Origin: Hypanus sabinus
Taxonomy: Eukaryota
Assembly: GCF_030144855.1 (NCBI RefSeq)
Contig: NC_082708.1
Span: forward strand, 123,628,001 to 123,692,000
Reading direction: 5' to 3'
Length of the DNA: 64,000 nucleotides
Position 1 is the first letter of the stretch. Each line of letters starts with the position of its first letter. Below, piece by piece: positions 35,440 to 47,210 of the stretch. The position numbers and the translations under genes were made by a program. Under the pieces are notes generated by a model that saw nothing but the letters and a program-made list of their open reading frames with translations, ran no database searches and was not told the origin of the DNA.

Positions 35440-38400
35440 TAAGATTTGGGAAAGTCAGGCAGTGGGGTAGCTACAGGGGACTCGATAGTTGAGGGGACAG
35501 AAAGGAGATTCTGTGGCTGCAAGGAGACACCAGGGTGGCTGGGTGTGTTGCCTCCCGGGTGCTAAGGTCCAGGATGCATCACAGCAGCTGCAGGATATCC
35601 TTTGGGGTGGGAGCGAACAGCCAGAGGTTGTGGTGCATGTTGGCACCAATGACAAAGGCAAGGAAGGTGAAGAGAAGTCCAGAGTGAATTTTGCCGTCGA
35701 ATGTAGGTTTACTGTAAGGCATGTTTTGTAGCTTTCTAAAACAAAGCTCACACTTATGGCTGAATGCAGTCAGGAGCAAACTACAGTCTTGTCTACCTTG
35801 GTTTTCAATGATGCATCAGCCAGGCACTGGCTGACCACGCATACAGAGTTAGGAAAGAGGCTAATTCCCTTAAGAAGGACGCCCAAGGTTGTAATCCCTG
35901 GATTACTCCCGGTGCTGTGGGCTAGCGCAGATAGGAATAGGGTGACAGCACGGGTGAATGAGTGGCTGTGGAGATGGTGCAGGGAGCAGGGTTTCAAGTT
36001 CTTGGATCATTGGAACATTTTCTGGGGAAGGAGTGACTGGTACAAGAGGAACAGATTGCATCTGAACTGGAGGGGAACTAATATCCTGGCCAGGAGGTTT
36101 GCTAATGCTACTCAGAAGAGTTTAAACTAGATCTGCAGTGGGTTAGAAACCGGAGCCCTAGGTCAAAGGGAAGGATTGGACCAGAAGGTAGATGTCAGGT
36201 AAAGTTTTGAAATTAGTACATGGAACTATGATGTGATGCAGCCATTATTGAAATTAGGTTGAGAGGGGACAGGTGTAAGCGATTAATATACCAAGTTTTT
36301 GAAGTTTTAGAAAAGATAGGGGAGGAAGGGGGTGGGGGCATAGAAAGAGTTGCATTACTAATCAGAACAATATCATAACTGCACTCAGGAGGGATATAAT
36401 AGAGATCAGACTGAGTCCATTTGGGTAGAACTCAGGAACAGGAAGGGTGCAATCACTGTGATGAGATTGTACTATAGACACCCCCCCCCCCCCAAAGCCG
36501 TTGGGACATCGTAATTAGATTAAGGAAATGTGCAAAAATAATAGGGTTGTTGTCTTGGGGATTTCAACCCCCCTAATATAAACTGGGCCCTTCTTAGTAC
36601 AAGAGGTTCAGATGGGACAGAATTTGTTAAGTGTATCCAGGAAAGTTTTATAAATCAATATGTGGGCAGCCCCCAACAAGAGAAGGGGCTGTACTGGATC
36701 TGGTGTTGGGTAATGAGCCTGGCCAGGTTACTGGCTTTTCAGTGGGTGGACTGTTAGGGAATAGTGACCACAACTCCTTAACTTTGAGGATAGCTATAGA
36801 TAAGGACAAGTATGGCCCTTGCAGGAGAGATTTAAATTGGAGTAGGGCAAATTATGAGGGCATTAGGCAGGAACTAAGCAGCGTTAATTGGAACACCTTT
36901 TCTCTGGCAAGTCCACATCAGACATGTGATCAATTGCAGAGTGTACAGGAAAGGTTATTTCCTGTTGGAACAAGGATGGGGATGGAAAAGTAGGAGAAGC
37001 TTGGATGTCCAGAGAGGTGATGAATTTAGTCAAGGAGAAAAAGGAAAAGTATGCACAGTTGCAGAAGTTAGGATCAAACAACACACACAAGGATTATAAA
37101 GAAGCCAGGAAAGAACTAAGGAAGGGAATTAGGAAAGCCAGGAGTGGTCATGAAAAGTCCTTGGCAAGTTAGATTAAAGTGAATCTCAAGGCATTCTATA
37201 CACAAATCAAGAGCAAGAGGATAATTAGGCAGAGGATGGGACCACTCAAGGATAAAGGAGGAAACATTTGCTCGGATGCAGAGAATGTGTTTGAAGTACT
37301 TAATGAGTACTTTGCTACAGTATTTACCAGGGAAAAGGATATGGAGGACCAGGAGATCAGTGCTGAGTGTATAAATACGTTAGGGCTTTTGGAGGCCAGG
37401 GAGGAGGAAGTGTTGGGCCTCCTAATGAGTATTAAGATGGATAAGTCTCCACTGCCTGATGGGATTTACCTCAGGTTACTGAAAGAAGAGAGGAGATTGC
37501 TGGGCCATTGACCAGTATCTTTCTGTCCTCTCTAGCCACAGTCGAGGTCCCAGAGGACTGGCGAGTGGCTAATGCTGTACCTCTATTTAAGAAGAGAACA
37601 AGGAAAAACCTTGGGAACTATAGACTGGCAAGTCTCACGTTGGTTGTAGGGAAATTGCTGGAGAAAATTCTTGGGGATAGGATATATAAGCATTTGGAAA
37701 CCCATGGCCTAACTAAGAAGAGTCAGCACGGCTTTGTGCGTGGCAAGTCATGCCCTACCAACTTGATTGAGTTTTTTCCACAAGGTGACAAAAGAGATTG
37801 ATGAGGGTAGGACAGTGGAGGTTTAATGAGGCATTTGACAAAGTCCCTCGTGGGGGTTCATCAAGAAGATGAAGATGCATGGGATCTGTAGCCAATTGCC
37901 TGTTCAGTCAGAACTGACTTGTGCATAGAAGACAGAGATAGTGGTTGAAGGAACTCATTCAAGCTGGAGGACTGGATTTAGTGGTGTTCCACAGGGATCT
38001 GTCTGGGACCTCTGCTGTTTGTGATGTATATAAATACCTTGGATGAAAATGTAAATGGATGGGTTGGTAAATTTGCATATGTTGAGGAAATTTGCAAGAT
38101 TGCTGGAGTTGTGGGTAGTGCAGGAGACTGGCAAACAATGCAGCACAATACAGATCAGCTGCAGATGTGGGCTGAGAAATGGCAGATGGAGTTTAACTCA
38201 GATAAATGTGAGGTATTGCACTTTGCTGGAGCAAATGCAAGGAGTACATTGTAACGGACAAAGATCCTGATCAGTGTTGCTGAGCCCAGAGATCTTGGGA
38301 TCCAAGCTCACCGCTGCCTGAAAGTGGCTACACGGATCAATAAGGCGGTTAAGGGAATGCTTGCTCTTATTAGTCAAGCACCGAGTTCAAAAGTCAGTAA

Positions 38401-38960
38401 GTTAAGTTACAACATTATAAAACTTTGATTAGGCCACACTTCGAGTGGTGCATACAATTCAGGTGGCCCCACTATAGATAGAATGCTGAGGCTTTGGAGA
38501 GGGGGCAGAAGAGGTTTAATCAGGATACTGCCCGGTTTAGAGGGCATGTGCTATCACAAGAGGCTGGATAAACTTGGGTTGTTTTCTCTGGAGTGTCGGA
38601 GACTGAGGAGAGATCTAAAGGAGGTTTACAAGATTATGAGGGGCATAAAGAGGGTGGACAGAGATTATCCATTTCCTAGGGTTTCAATGTCTAATACCAG
38701 AGGATATGCATTGAAGGGTTAAATGTTTTTACTGAGAGTCACGGATGCAGGAATGCACTGCCTGGTACGGTGGTAGAGGCAAACACACAAGAGGCTTTTA
38801 AGAGACATTTGTATGGGCACACGGAGGTAAGGAAGATGGAGGGATAGGGACATGGTGTAGGTAACAGCAATTAGTGTTTGGGTGTTTTTGACTTGCTTTT
38901 TAATTGGTTCAGCACAACACTGTGGGCCGAATGGCCTGTTCCTGTGCTGGATTGTTTTAA
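35440..38960 (+). mobile_element. Long degraded CR1 LINE (SGNH esterase ORF1 plus ORF2)
   Basis: CLPGAKV...VVVHVGTND and LHLNWRGTN (esterase); AVLDLVLGNEPG, SQHGFVRGKSC, LECRRLRRDL; many frameshifts. Confidence 0.88.
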
Positions 38961-38984
38961 GTGACACTGTTATCTTCACCGTAT

Positions 38985-39348
38985 GGTTTATTAAGCTCAG
39001 CTGAAAATGACCATCCTATACAGCTGAAATTGTGCCCTTACAATATAGGCATCTGTTAGTCTCGTGAGAGCATGGATTTGCGCCTGGGAAGGTTTCCAGG
39101 TTGCAGGCCTGGGCAAGGTTGTATGGGAGACCGGCAGTTGCCCAAGCTGCAAGCCTTCCCCTCTCCACACCACTGATGTTGTCCAAGGGAAGGGCACTAG
39201 GACCCAAGCAGCTTGGCACCTGTGATGTCGCAGAGCAATGTGTTGTTAAGTGCCTTGCTCAAGGACACAACACGCTGTCTCAGCTGAGGCTCAAACCAGT
39301 GACCTTCAGATCACTAGACTGATGCCTTTATCCACGAAGCCACACGCC
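38985..39348 (-). mobile_element. tRNA-derived SINE
   Basis: Minus strand A box TGGCTTCGTGG, B box GGTTTGAGCC, then GTGTCCTTGAGCAAGGCACTTAAC. Confidence 0.75.
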
Positions 39349-39984
39349 AACACATCAGGCCCTTATATCCGTAAGGAAATTGCTCTATAAGCTTCTGAAA
39401 TATATGTGAGTGACTCCAGTATTGCATAGGCAGCAAGACTTCAGTGGATGATACAAGATCAAGGAGAACAGGGAACTCCACCCAACTCAAGCAGTTTCCA
39501 GAGGAAAGGCAGCAAATGACTTCGGACCAATGGTCACGGGTCCACGAGGACTGCCATGACAGAAGGTTCTGGAAATGACTGGATGGAGTCTGTGGCAACT
39601 GTGTGTTCTTCTATCTCTCCCTGGTGCATCAGGAGCAAAGGCAACCTTTGAACAGGAAGTTGTAGGAGGGATTGTTCAGTGCTGATGTGGAACCTTTACT
39701 ATTCCAAGTCCCACTTTGGGCCCTCTAACCAAGATACTCACAGCCAAGCCGCATAAAGTGACCATCAAACCAACTGCTCCACGGCCCCAAAGGGCACAGT
39801 ATCCTCTCCTCCCAGCGGCTGAAGGGGGGTTTACAGATCATACAAATCAAACATAGTGAACAATGATAGGCATCTTACAAAACCCAGGCAAACGAGTGAC
39901 CTCATACACTACCTTCTGATGGATTGTTCACAAACTATCAGGTGGATTTTATAGAATTACCTCCACTTTAAGGATATAAAAATG

Positions 39985-40650
39985 TATTGTTCATTGTGGC
40001 CTTTTATATATTGGTGAGACCCAATGCAGATTGGGAGACCGTTTCGCTGAACACCTACGCTCTGTCCGCCAGAGAAAGCAGGATCTCCCAGTGGCCACAC
40101 ATTTTAATTCCACGTCCCATTCCCATTCTGATATGTCTATCCATGGTCTCCTCTACTGTCACGATGAATCCACACTCAGGTTGGAGGAACAACACCTTAT
40201 ATACCGGCTGGGTAGCCTCCAACCTGATGGCATGAACATTGACTTCTCTAACTTCTGTTAATGCCCCTCCTCCCCTTCTTACCCCATCCCTGACATATTT
40301 AGTTGTTTGCCTGTTCTCCATCTCCCTCTGGTGCTTCCCCCCCCCTTTCTTTCTCCTGAGGCCTCCCGTCCCATGATCCTTTCCCTTCTCCAGCTCTGTA
40401 TCACTTTCGCCAATCACCTTTCCAGCTCTTAGCTTCATCCCACCACCTCTGGTCTTCTCCTATCATTTCGCATTTCCCCCTTCCCCCACTACTTTCAAAT
40501 CTCTTACTATCTTTCCTTTCGGTTAGTCCTGACGAAGGGTCTCAGCCCGAAACATCGACATCGCTTCTCCCTATAAATGCTGCCTAGCCTGCTGTGTTCT
40601 ACCAGCATTTTGTGTGTTGTTGTTTGAATTTCCAGCATCTGCAGATTTCC
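39985..40650 (+). mobile_element. Penelope-like element 3' fragment (GIY-YIG endonuclease C-terminus and 3' region)
   Basis: YIGET..RLGDRFAEHL...PVATHFN...EEQHLIYRLGSLQPDGMN. Confidence 0.88.
40525..40560 (+). ncRNA. Minimal type I hammerhead ribozyme motif of the Penelope element
   Basis: AGTC-CTGACGA-A-GGG(TCTCAG)CCC-GAAAC-ATC-GAC: both conserved core boxes, stem II GGG/CCC, stem I GTC/GAC; triplet is AUC rather than GUC. Confidence 0.72.
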
Positions 40651-43600
40651 ACGTGTTTGCCCTTTCATTATTGTTGTTTTTCACAATGGGTTGCAGCATT
40701 TCCTTGTAGAAAGAGTGATGTAGTTATGGTAGCTAAATGTTTATTGAAGGAAATCCTTCAGAGGTTTGGGATCCCTTGGAAGATGTTTAGCAGGAATGGT
40801 CCCCACGTTACTGGGAAGGTAAGGAATGTCTGTCCGGCCTTACAGACTGACCAACATTTCCATTGCCGCTACTATCCTCTGTCAGCAGGTTTTGTAGAAA
40901 GGATGAATGGAACGATTAAAAAACAAGCTTAGCAAAATGTGTGAGCGATTGAAAGTTAATGAGATGAGTAAAGTCTTTTACTGATCAAAATGCTAAACAT
41001 ATGAGAAGCTACAAAAACAGAATGATAGAGACAGTGAAAGGTCCAATGAGCAAATCTCTATATTAAGCGAATGAGGGAAAGAAGACTGTAGTTCAATCGA
41101 TAAGCACTGTGTGAAGTTTCAAAGCGAACCACAACTCAATGATAAAGCACTGCCACAACTTCGTCCTGCAAGTGATACTACTGCTTGTGCTCCACCCTGG
41201 GAAACACCTACTTCTGAAGCTCTGCCATGGAATTAAAGCTCACATTGAACAGTCTCCCTACACAGTGCCACCATTCGAACGCAGGAGTTACAGCATCTGG
41301 GAACAGTGACACCATCGGAACGCAAAGGAATTACAGGATGGACTCGACATGGACTACAGTGCCCCCTAGTGACTGATGTGAGAATGACAGCGATTAAACA
41401 AAAATATTGGCAGCAGTCAGATGAAACTATTGCTAGTGAGAGATCTATCAGCTATTGTTCAACCACTCAACAAACTGAAGGACGAGAAGTGCTCAGCCAA
41501 CCCTATGACTCTTAACAAAGAATTGAAAATGTTTTAAACTTTAAAAGGTGAACTTATGTACTGCACTTGCATTAAGAATCCCTGATACAGTGAACAATTC
41601 ACTCTGCGTGTCAACGAAAAACACGATAGCAGTCTTAATTCAAGAACACAGAGACTGATAGCATCCTGTTGGTTATTATTCTGCCAAAGATTTAATTCTA
41701 TACCCTAATAGCTCCTCAATGATTGGGGGGGGGGGGGGTGGAGAAATTCAAACTGGTGTTTCTGGAACCAAGTGCAGGCATCAGGTAACATGTCATTGCA
41801 ACTGGAAGGGCAAGGGCCTGTCTGGGCAACAGTAAAGGTACACATATGGAAATGACTAATCTTAGTCCACCCTGTCCGCTGAACGACACTGAACAGGTAT
41901 GTGGTTACCAAGGCTACATCTGGATGCCAGGCACGTCCCCAGAGTACAAGGAGAAGCGGAGAGAGTCATGGTCCTGGAAGGGCTGCAGTTAGCTTGTCTA
42001 CTTAGTGCCCCACATGCAACACTTGGTGTGTCTACCTCCCCCCACCCTCTGGTCCAGTGGCACCAGAGGTCCATAGCAGAAGCCGAGAGAGTCTGGATGA
42101 TTGCCTTTCTGGACCGTGGAACAGCTAGACATCCCAGGAACTGAATAATATGGAAAACATAGCAAATTAAACCGCATACACCATTGAAGCATTAACCAAG
42201 TTGTCAGCAGAACTAATGGCTGTTCATACAATAGCGTTACAGAAGAGTGTGGCTTTAGATTTTATTCTTTTGGGCAAGAATGTTGTACTTGCATACTTGA
42301 TGAACCACAATAATTAACTTGGCAAATCACATCAGTGAAGATACCAAAGAGATTAAGAAAGTAGGAAATCAGTGTCACAACTGTGTCACTCCAGGAGGTA
42401 GATGTTGACCATTTGGAACGTTGGGAGGATGGTGGGCAACTATTCTGTCTAAAGGTATAATTATTGGTATTATGATAATAGCACGATAAAGTGAATGGAT
42501 GAAAAGGGCATTTTGGATAGAGCTTTGAAACTGCATCATTGCTTTATATACAAATATATGTACATTTCAATTATATATTTAGTGAAAAGTCATGTTATCA
42601 TGAAGTGCCAAAGAGGGAATGTGGAAGTGTACAGATAATAACAAAATGGAATCTGTATTATACCAGAGTGTTTGCTTATAGTGTTCATGCAATATTATGC
42701 CATTGGGAACCGAGTCCTTTGACAAACTGCAGTGCCAGCAGATTTGATTAATGCCAGGTACACTGATTAAGCAGACGTACAGAATGTCTTTACAGAAAGT
42801 ACAGATGTACTTGGGTATAAAGGATACATGCTGTGTCTTTCGAAGCTATTACAGGCTCTTGTGTGGTCTAGTCTTTTCTTACTGCAAGTTAAATAAATGC
42901 ATTTATGATGATGCACTCTGAGTTAATTGTTGCTTGATGTAAAACATAGTGGAAAGGTGCTCGACAACAAGGTCTGAAAACTGTAGGATTCACTCCCTAG
43001 CAAATGAAGCAATCCATCCCCATTTCTAATTGTTCTTGGGCAACATTCAAGCATGGGTTGATAAACGTAAAGTCACATATCACAAGTGTACAAGGCAATA
43101 GCCATCTCCAACAAGGGCGAGCCCAAACATCAATCAATTTTCATACACCTCATTTTAATAAATAAAACCAAATACTTATTTTAACTTTGCACCTGTGCTT
43201 CCCCCATACTAAATGGGCAGTGATAGTAAGCCATCTTATTGAACTGCTCCAGTTCTTCTGGTGAATGAAATCAAATAATGCAGCTGAGTAGAGGGAGTTC
43301 CAAATCTCAGACTCAAGGACAATGAAAGAACAGCAATATCTGAAAGCAAGGATGGTTCAAAATTTCAAGATAAATTTATTATTGAAGTATGTATAGGTCA
43401 CCAGGATGAATATATGTCTCTACCACTGTAGGTGTAAGGCGTTCCCTCCCTCTGCTAGACTGCAGGTCACTCTTGGGCAAGGTGTGGCACTTGCTTAGCA
43501 CCCCCCCACCCACAAAATCAGGGTTACATGAAGCCATGGTAGCAGGTGGTGGACGGTCATAAAAGAAGCTGGTGCATCTCACAAGTCCTGGTTATGTGAC

Positions 43601-43869
43601 CACTGATGCCAGGCAGATTATCTTTGAAGAGCAAGGATAAGGGCTGGGGTCATCCATCTTGGAAAGACTCTGCCCACAAGAAGGCAATAGCAAACCACCT
43701 CTGTAGAAAAATTTGTCAAGAACAATCACAGTCATGGAAAGACCATGATCTTTCACGTCATACAACACGGCACATAACGAATGAACAAATGAAATGTCAC
43801 CACAGACAGAGCTGCACCAACAGTGTAGATAGCAAGGACAAACATCCATGGTCAACTTCTACCAGTGGA

Positions 43870-45720
43870 GGGCCACTATATCTTACCATATACCATCCTG
43901 AGATTCATTTTTTCCTCACAGGCATTCAGAGTAGAACAAAGAAAAACAATAAAATCAATAAAGGCTACATGCAGACCAAGACTGGCAAGCAACCAATGTG
44001 CAAAGAAAAACTGTGCAAATACTAAAATAAATAAATAACATTGAGAACACAAGTTGTGGAGTCCATGGAAGTGTGTCCATGGGTTGTGGAATCAGTTCAG
44101 AATTGAGGCGAGTGAAGCTCAGGAGCCTGAAAGTTAAACCTGGTAAGTGTGAGACCCAAGGCTTCTGCACCTCCTTCTCAATGGCAGCATTAAGGTGGGC
44201 TTGGATGGTGAAGGTCCTTAATGACAGATGCCGCTTTCTTGTGGCAGTGCACCCTAAAGATATGTTCAATGGTGGAGAGGGCTTTGCCAGTGATGGACTG
44301 GGGTGCATCGACCATTCTTTCCAGGCTTCTCCATTCTTGGGCATTGGTCTTTCCATACCAGGCTGCGATGCAACCAGTTGGAATACACTCCACTCTGTCT
44401 ACAGAAGTTTGAAGTTTTAAATGACGTGCGAAATATACAAAGACTTCCAAGAAAGTAGAAGTGCTGCTGTGACTGTAATGACACTTACATGCTGGTCCTA
44501 GGGCACGGTCTCTGATATGATATCAGCAACACCAAGGAATTTTAAGTTATTGACCCTCTGCCTCAAATCCCCTAATTAGGACAGGTTCATAGACCTCTGG
44601 TTTCTTCATCCTGTAGTCAATAACCTGCTCTTAGGTTTTTGCTGACGTTGAGTGGGAGGTTGCTCACCAGATTTTCAATCCCTCACCTATATGCCCCTTT
44701 GTCACCACCTTTGATTTGGTCAACAGTAGCATCATCAGCCAAGTTAAATATGGCATCGGAGCTGTACTTAGCTACACAGTCATGAGTATAAAGCGAGTAG
44801 AGCTGTGGGCTAAGCACACAGCCTTTTTGAGCACCTCTGCTGATGGAGATGGAATCTGCAAGTGAGAAAACCAAGAATCCAGCTGTAGTAGTAATATTGA
44901 GGCCTAGATCTTGGAGCTCAGTAATTATTTAAGGGATGGTAGTATTGAATACTGAGCTGTAGTCAATGAAGAACATACTGATGTATGCATCTTCACTGTC
45001 CGGATGTTCCAGAGCTGAATGAAGAGCCAATAAAATGGCACCTGCTATTAACCTGTTGTGATCGTAACCAAACAGGAGTGGATCCAAGTCACTGTTCAGG
45101 TAGGAGTTGATCTGCTTCATGACCAACCTCTCAAAGCACTTCGTCACAGTGGACGACAGTCATTAAGGAAAGTTACCATGCCCTTCTTAAAGCAGGTGGG
45201 TACCTCAGACTGCTAAAGCAAGAGGATATAGTTGTCAGTAAACACTCTAGCCAGTTGATCAGCACAGATCTTCAGTACACAGCCAGGTACACCATCTGGG
45301 CCAAATGTTTTCCATGGGTTCACTGTCCTGAAGGATGCTTTCACATCGGTCTGAGACTGAAAACAGGGGCTGTAGGAGTTTGTGAAGTAACCGCCATGTT
45401 CTGTCAAAGTGAACATAAAAGGCATTGAGCTCATCTGGACCAAAACCTCGTCACACATGTTGCTTGGTTTTGCTTTGTGGGTGGTGATAATATTCAAACA
45501 CTGCCACAGCAGTCCAGCATTCTTCTGTGATTAAAGTTTGGTCCAGAATCACCACTCCACATGTGAGATGGCTTTCTGAGAGTCACACGTGGCCCTCTTG
45601 AAATTTCGCAGGTCATCAGTCCTGAGCACCACTGGCCTAGCCCTAATCAGACTGTAGATCTCTTGATCCATCCAAGGCTTCTGGTTGGGGAAGACAGTTA
45701 TTTTTGTTCAGACAAATTCA
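43870..45720 (-). mobile_element. Rex1/Babar-like LINE fragments
   Basis: KCFERLVM..I...DLDPL, FIDYSS.FNT, GCVLSPQLYSLYTHDC, TFGPDGVPG. Confidence 0.82.
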
Positions 45721-46109
45721 CCCACATAAAGTCCATGACAACTGTGGCCATTCAGTTCTTGAATACGGCCCAGTTCCTGAAATCGAGGCAATTCTGTAGC
45801 AGCACCTCAGGCTTCTACGACTCCCTCTTTGATGCCCTTATCACTAGTGCCTTGCTCTTTAGCCTCAGGAAGGAGGAGGACATCTGCATACATACCGCCA
45901 AAATGTTCAACGCTTTTGTTAACTCTAGGCTAAACCACAATACCAACCTCCCAATGGACCTCCAACCTTCCACACTCTGCAGTCCTCCCAAAGGACATCC
46001 AAAATCACTTTGTGTATCCCAGTTTACTTCTGTCCATATGGTCAGTGCCACACCCTACATCCTTGCCGTCATTGCCTCAATTTTAAAAGTTTTGCCCTCC
46101 CAGTTAAGT

Positions 46110-47210
46110 CTTTTCATGATCTTAATCCCTTACTAACACCCAACTGTGGGGCTTGGGAGTATGAAATACTTTGAGAGGTTGGTCATACCCTGTCTCAGGA
46201 AGGACCTGGACCCACTGCAATTTGCCGATCGCCACAACAGGTCCACAGCAGATGCGATCCCAATGGCTCTCCATGCAGCCTTGGATCACATGGACATGCA
46301 AATACTGCACAAGATCGAAGTAAGTTGCAGAAACTTGTAACATTAGTCAGCTCCATCATGGGTACCAACATCCTTAGTATCCAAAATATCTTCAAGGAGT
46401 GTTGCCTTAAGAAGGCAGTGTCCAACATTAAGGATCCCTACCAACTGGGACATGCCCTTTTCTCACTGTTACCATCAGGAAGGAGATGCAGAAGCCTGAA
46501 GACACGCACCCAATGATTCAGAAACAGCTCCCCCTGCCATCCGATTTCTAAATGGACATTGAACCCATGAACACTTACCTCAATACTTTTTTATTTCTGT
46601 TATTTTGCGCTGCTTATTTTAAATTAAATATTTAGTATATTTATTTGTAACTTTTTTCCTCTATAATTATTTATCTTGTATTTCATTGTACTGCTGCCAT
46701 AAAGTTAACAAATTTCACGACATATGCCAGTGACATTAAATCAGATTCAAATTCTAATTCTGATGAATACATAGTTCCCCGAAGTAGCGTTACAAGTAGA
46801 CAAGGTGGCGGCGGTGGCATTTGCCATGATGGGCTTCATTAGCCCGAGCAGTGAGTACTTAAGTTTGGACATTATATTGTAGTTGTACCAGACATTGGCT
46901 CATTGTGTTTAATTTTGGTCATCCTGCTACAGGAAAGTGAATAACTTTGCTCAACTACACTAGCCCCATCATTGAAATATCCCCACAACCTATGGGCTCA
47001 GCATCTCACATTCTCGGTACTTATTGCTTATTTAATTATTATTATTTCTTTCTCTGAGCTTGTGTCTTTTGCCCACTGGTTGAACACCCAAGTTGGTGCG
47101 GTCTTTCAGTGATTCTATGTTGGATTTGTTGAGTATGCCTACAAGAAAATGAATCTCAGGGTTGTACATGAGGACGTGTATGTACTTTGATAATAGATTG
47201 ACTTTGAAAC
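46110..47210 (+). mobile_element. Rex1/Babar-like LINE fragments and tails
   Basis: FERLVIPCLRKDLDPLQFA..HNRSTADAI, GHALFSLLPSGRR; tail shared with 26280-26350. Confidence 0.75.

Larger units (their letters stand above)
30978..42966 (+). mobile_element. Decayed endogenous retrovirus (epsilon/gamma-like), fragmented by nested insertions
   Basis: 5' LTR remnant 30978-31021 matches the end of 3' LTR 42620-42966 (PPT 42610-42619, TATAAA 42816, AATAAA 42892); tRNA-Gln-like PBS 31027-31044; gag RPW.TRQLRAMIEELPDP about 34680-34770; integrase WVAAFPCRK...GIP...SAGFVERMNGTIK 40675-40930; env LQKSVALD about 42237 and TM-like anchor WWATILSKGIIIGIMIIA about 42430-42490. Confidence 0.8.
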
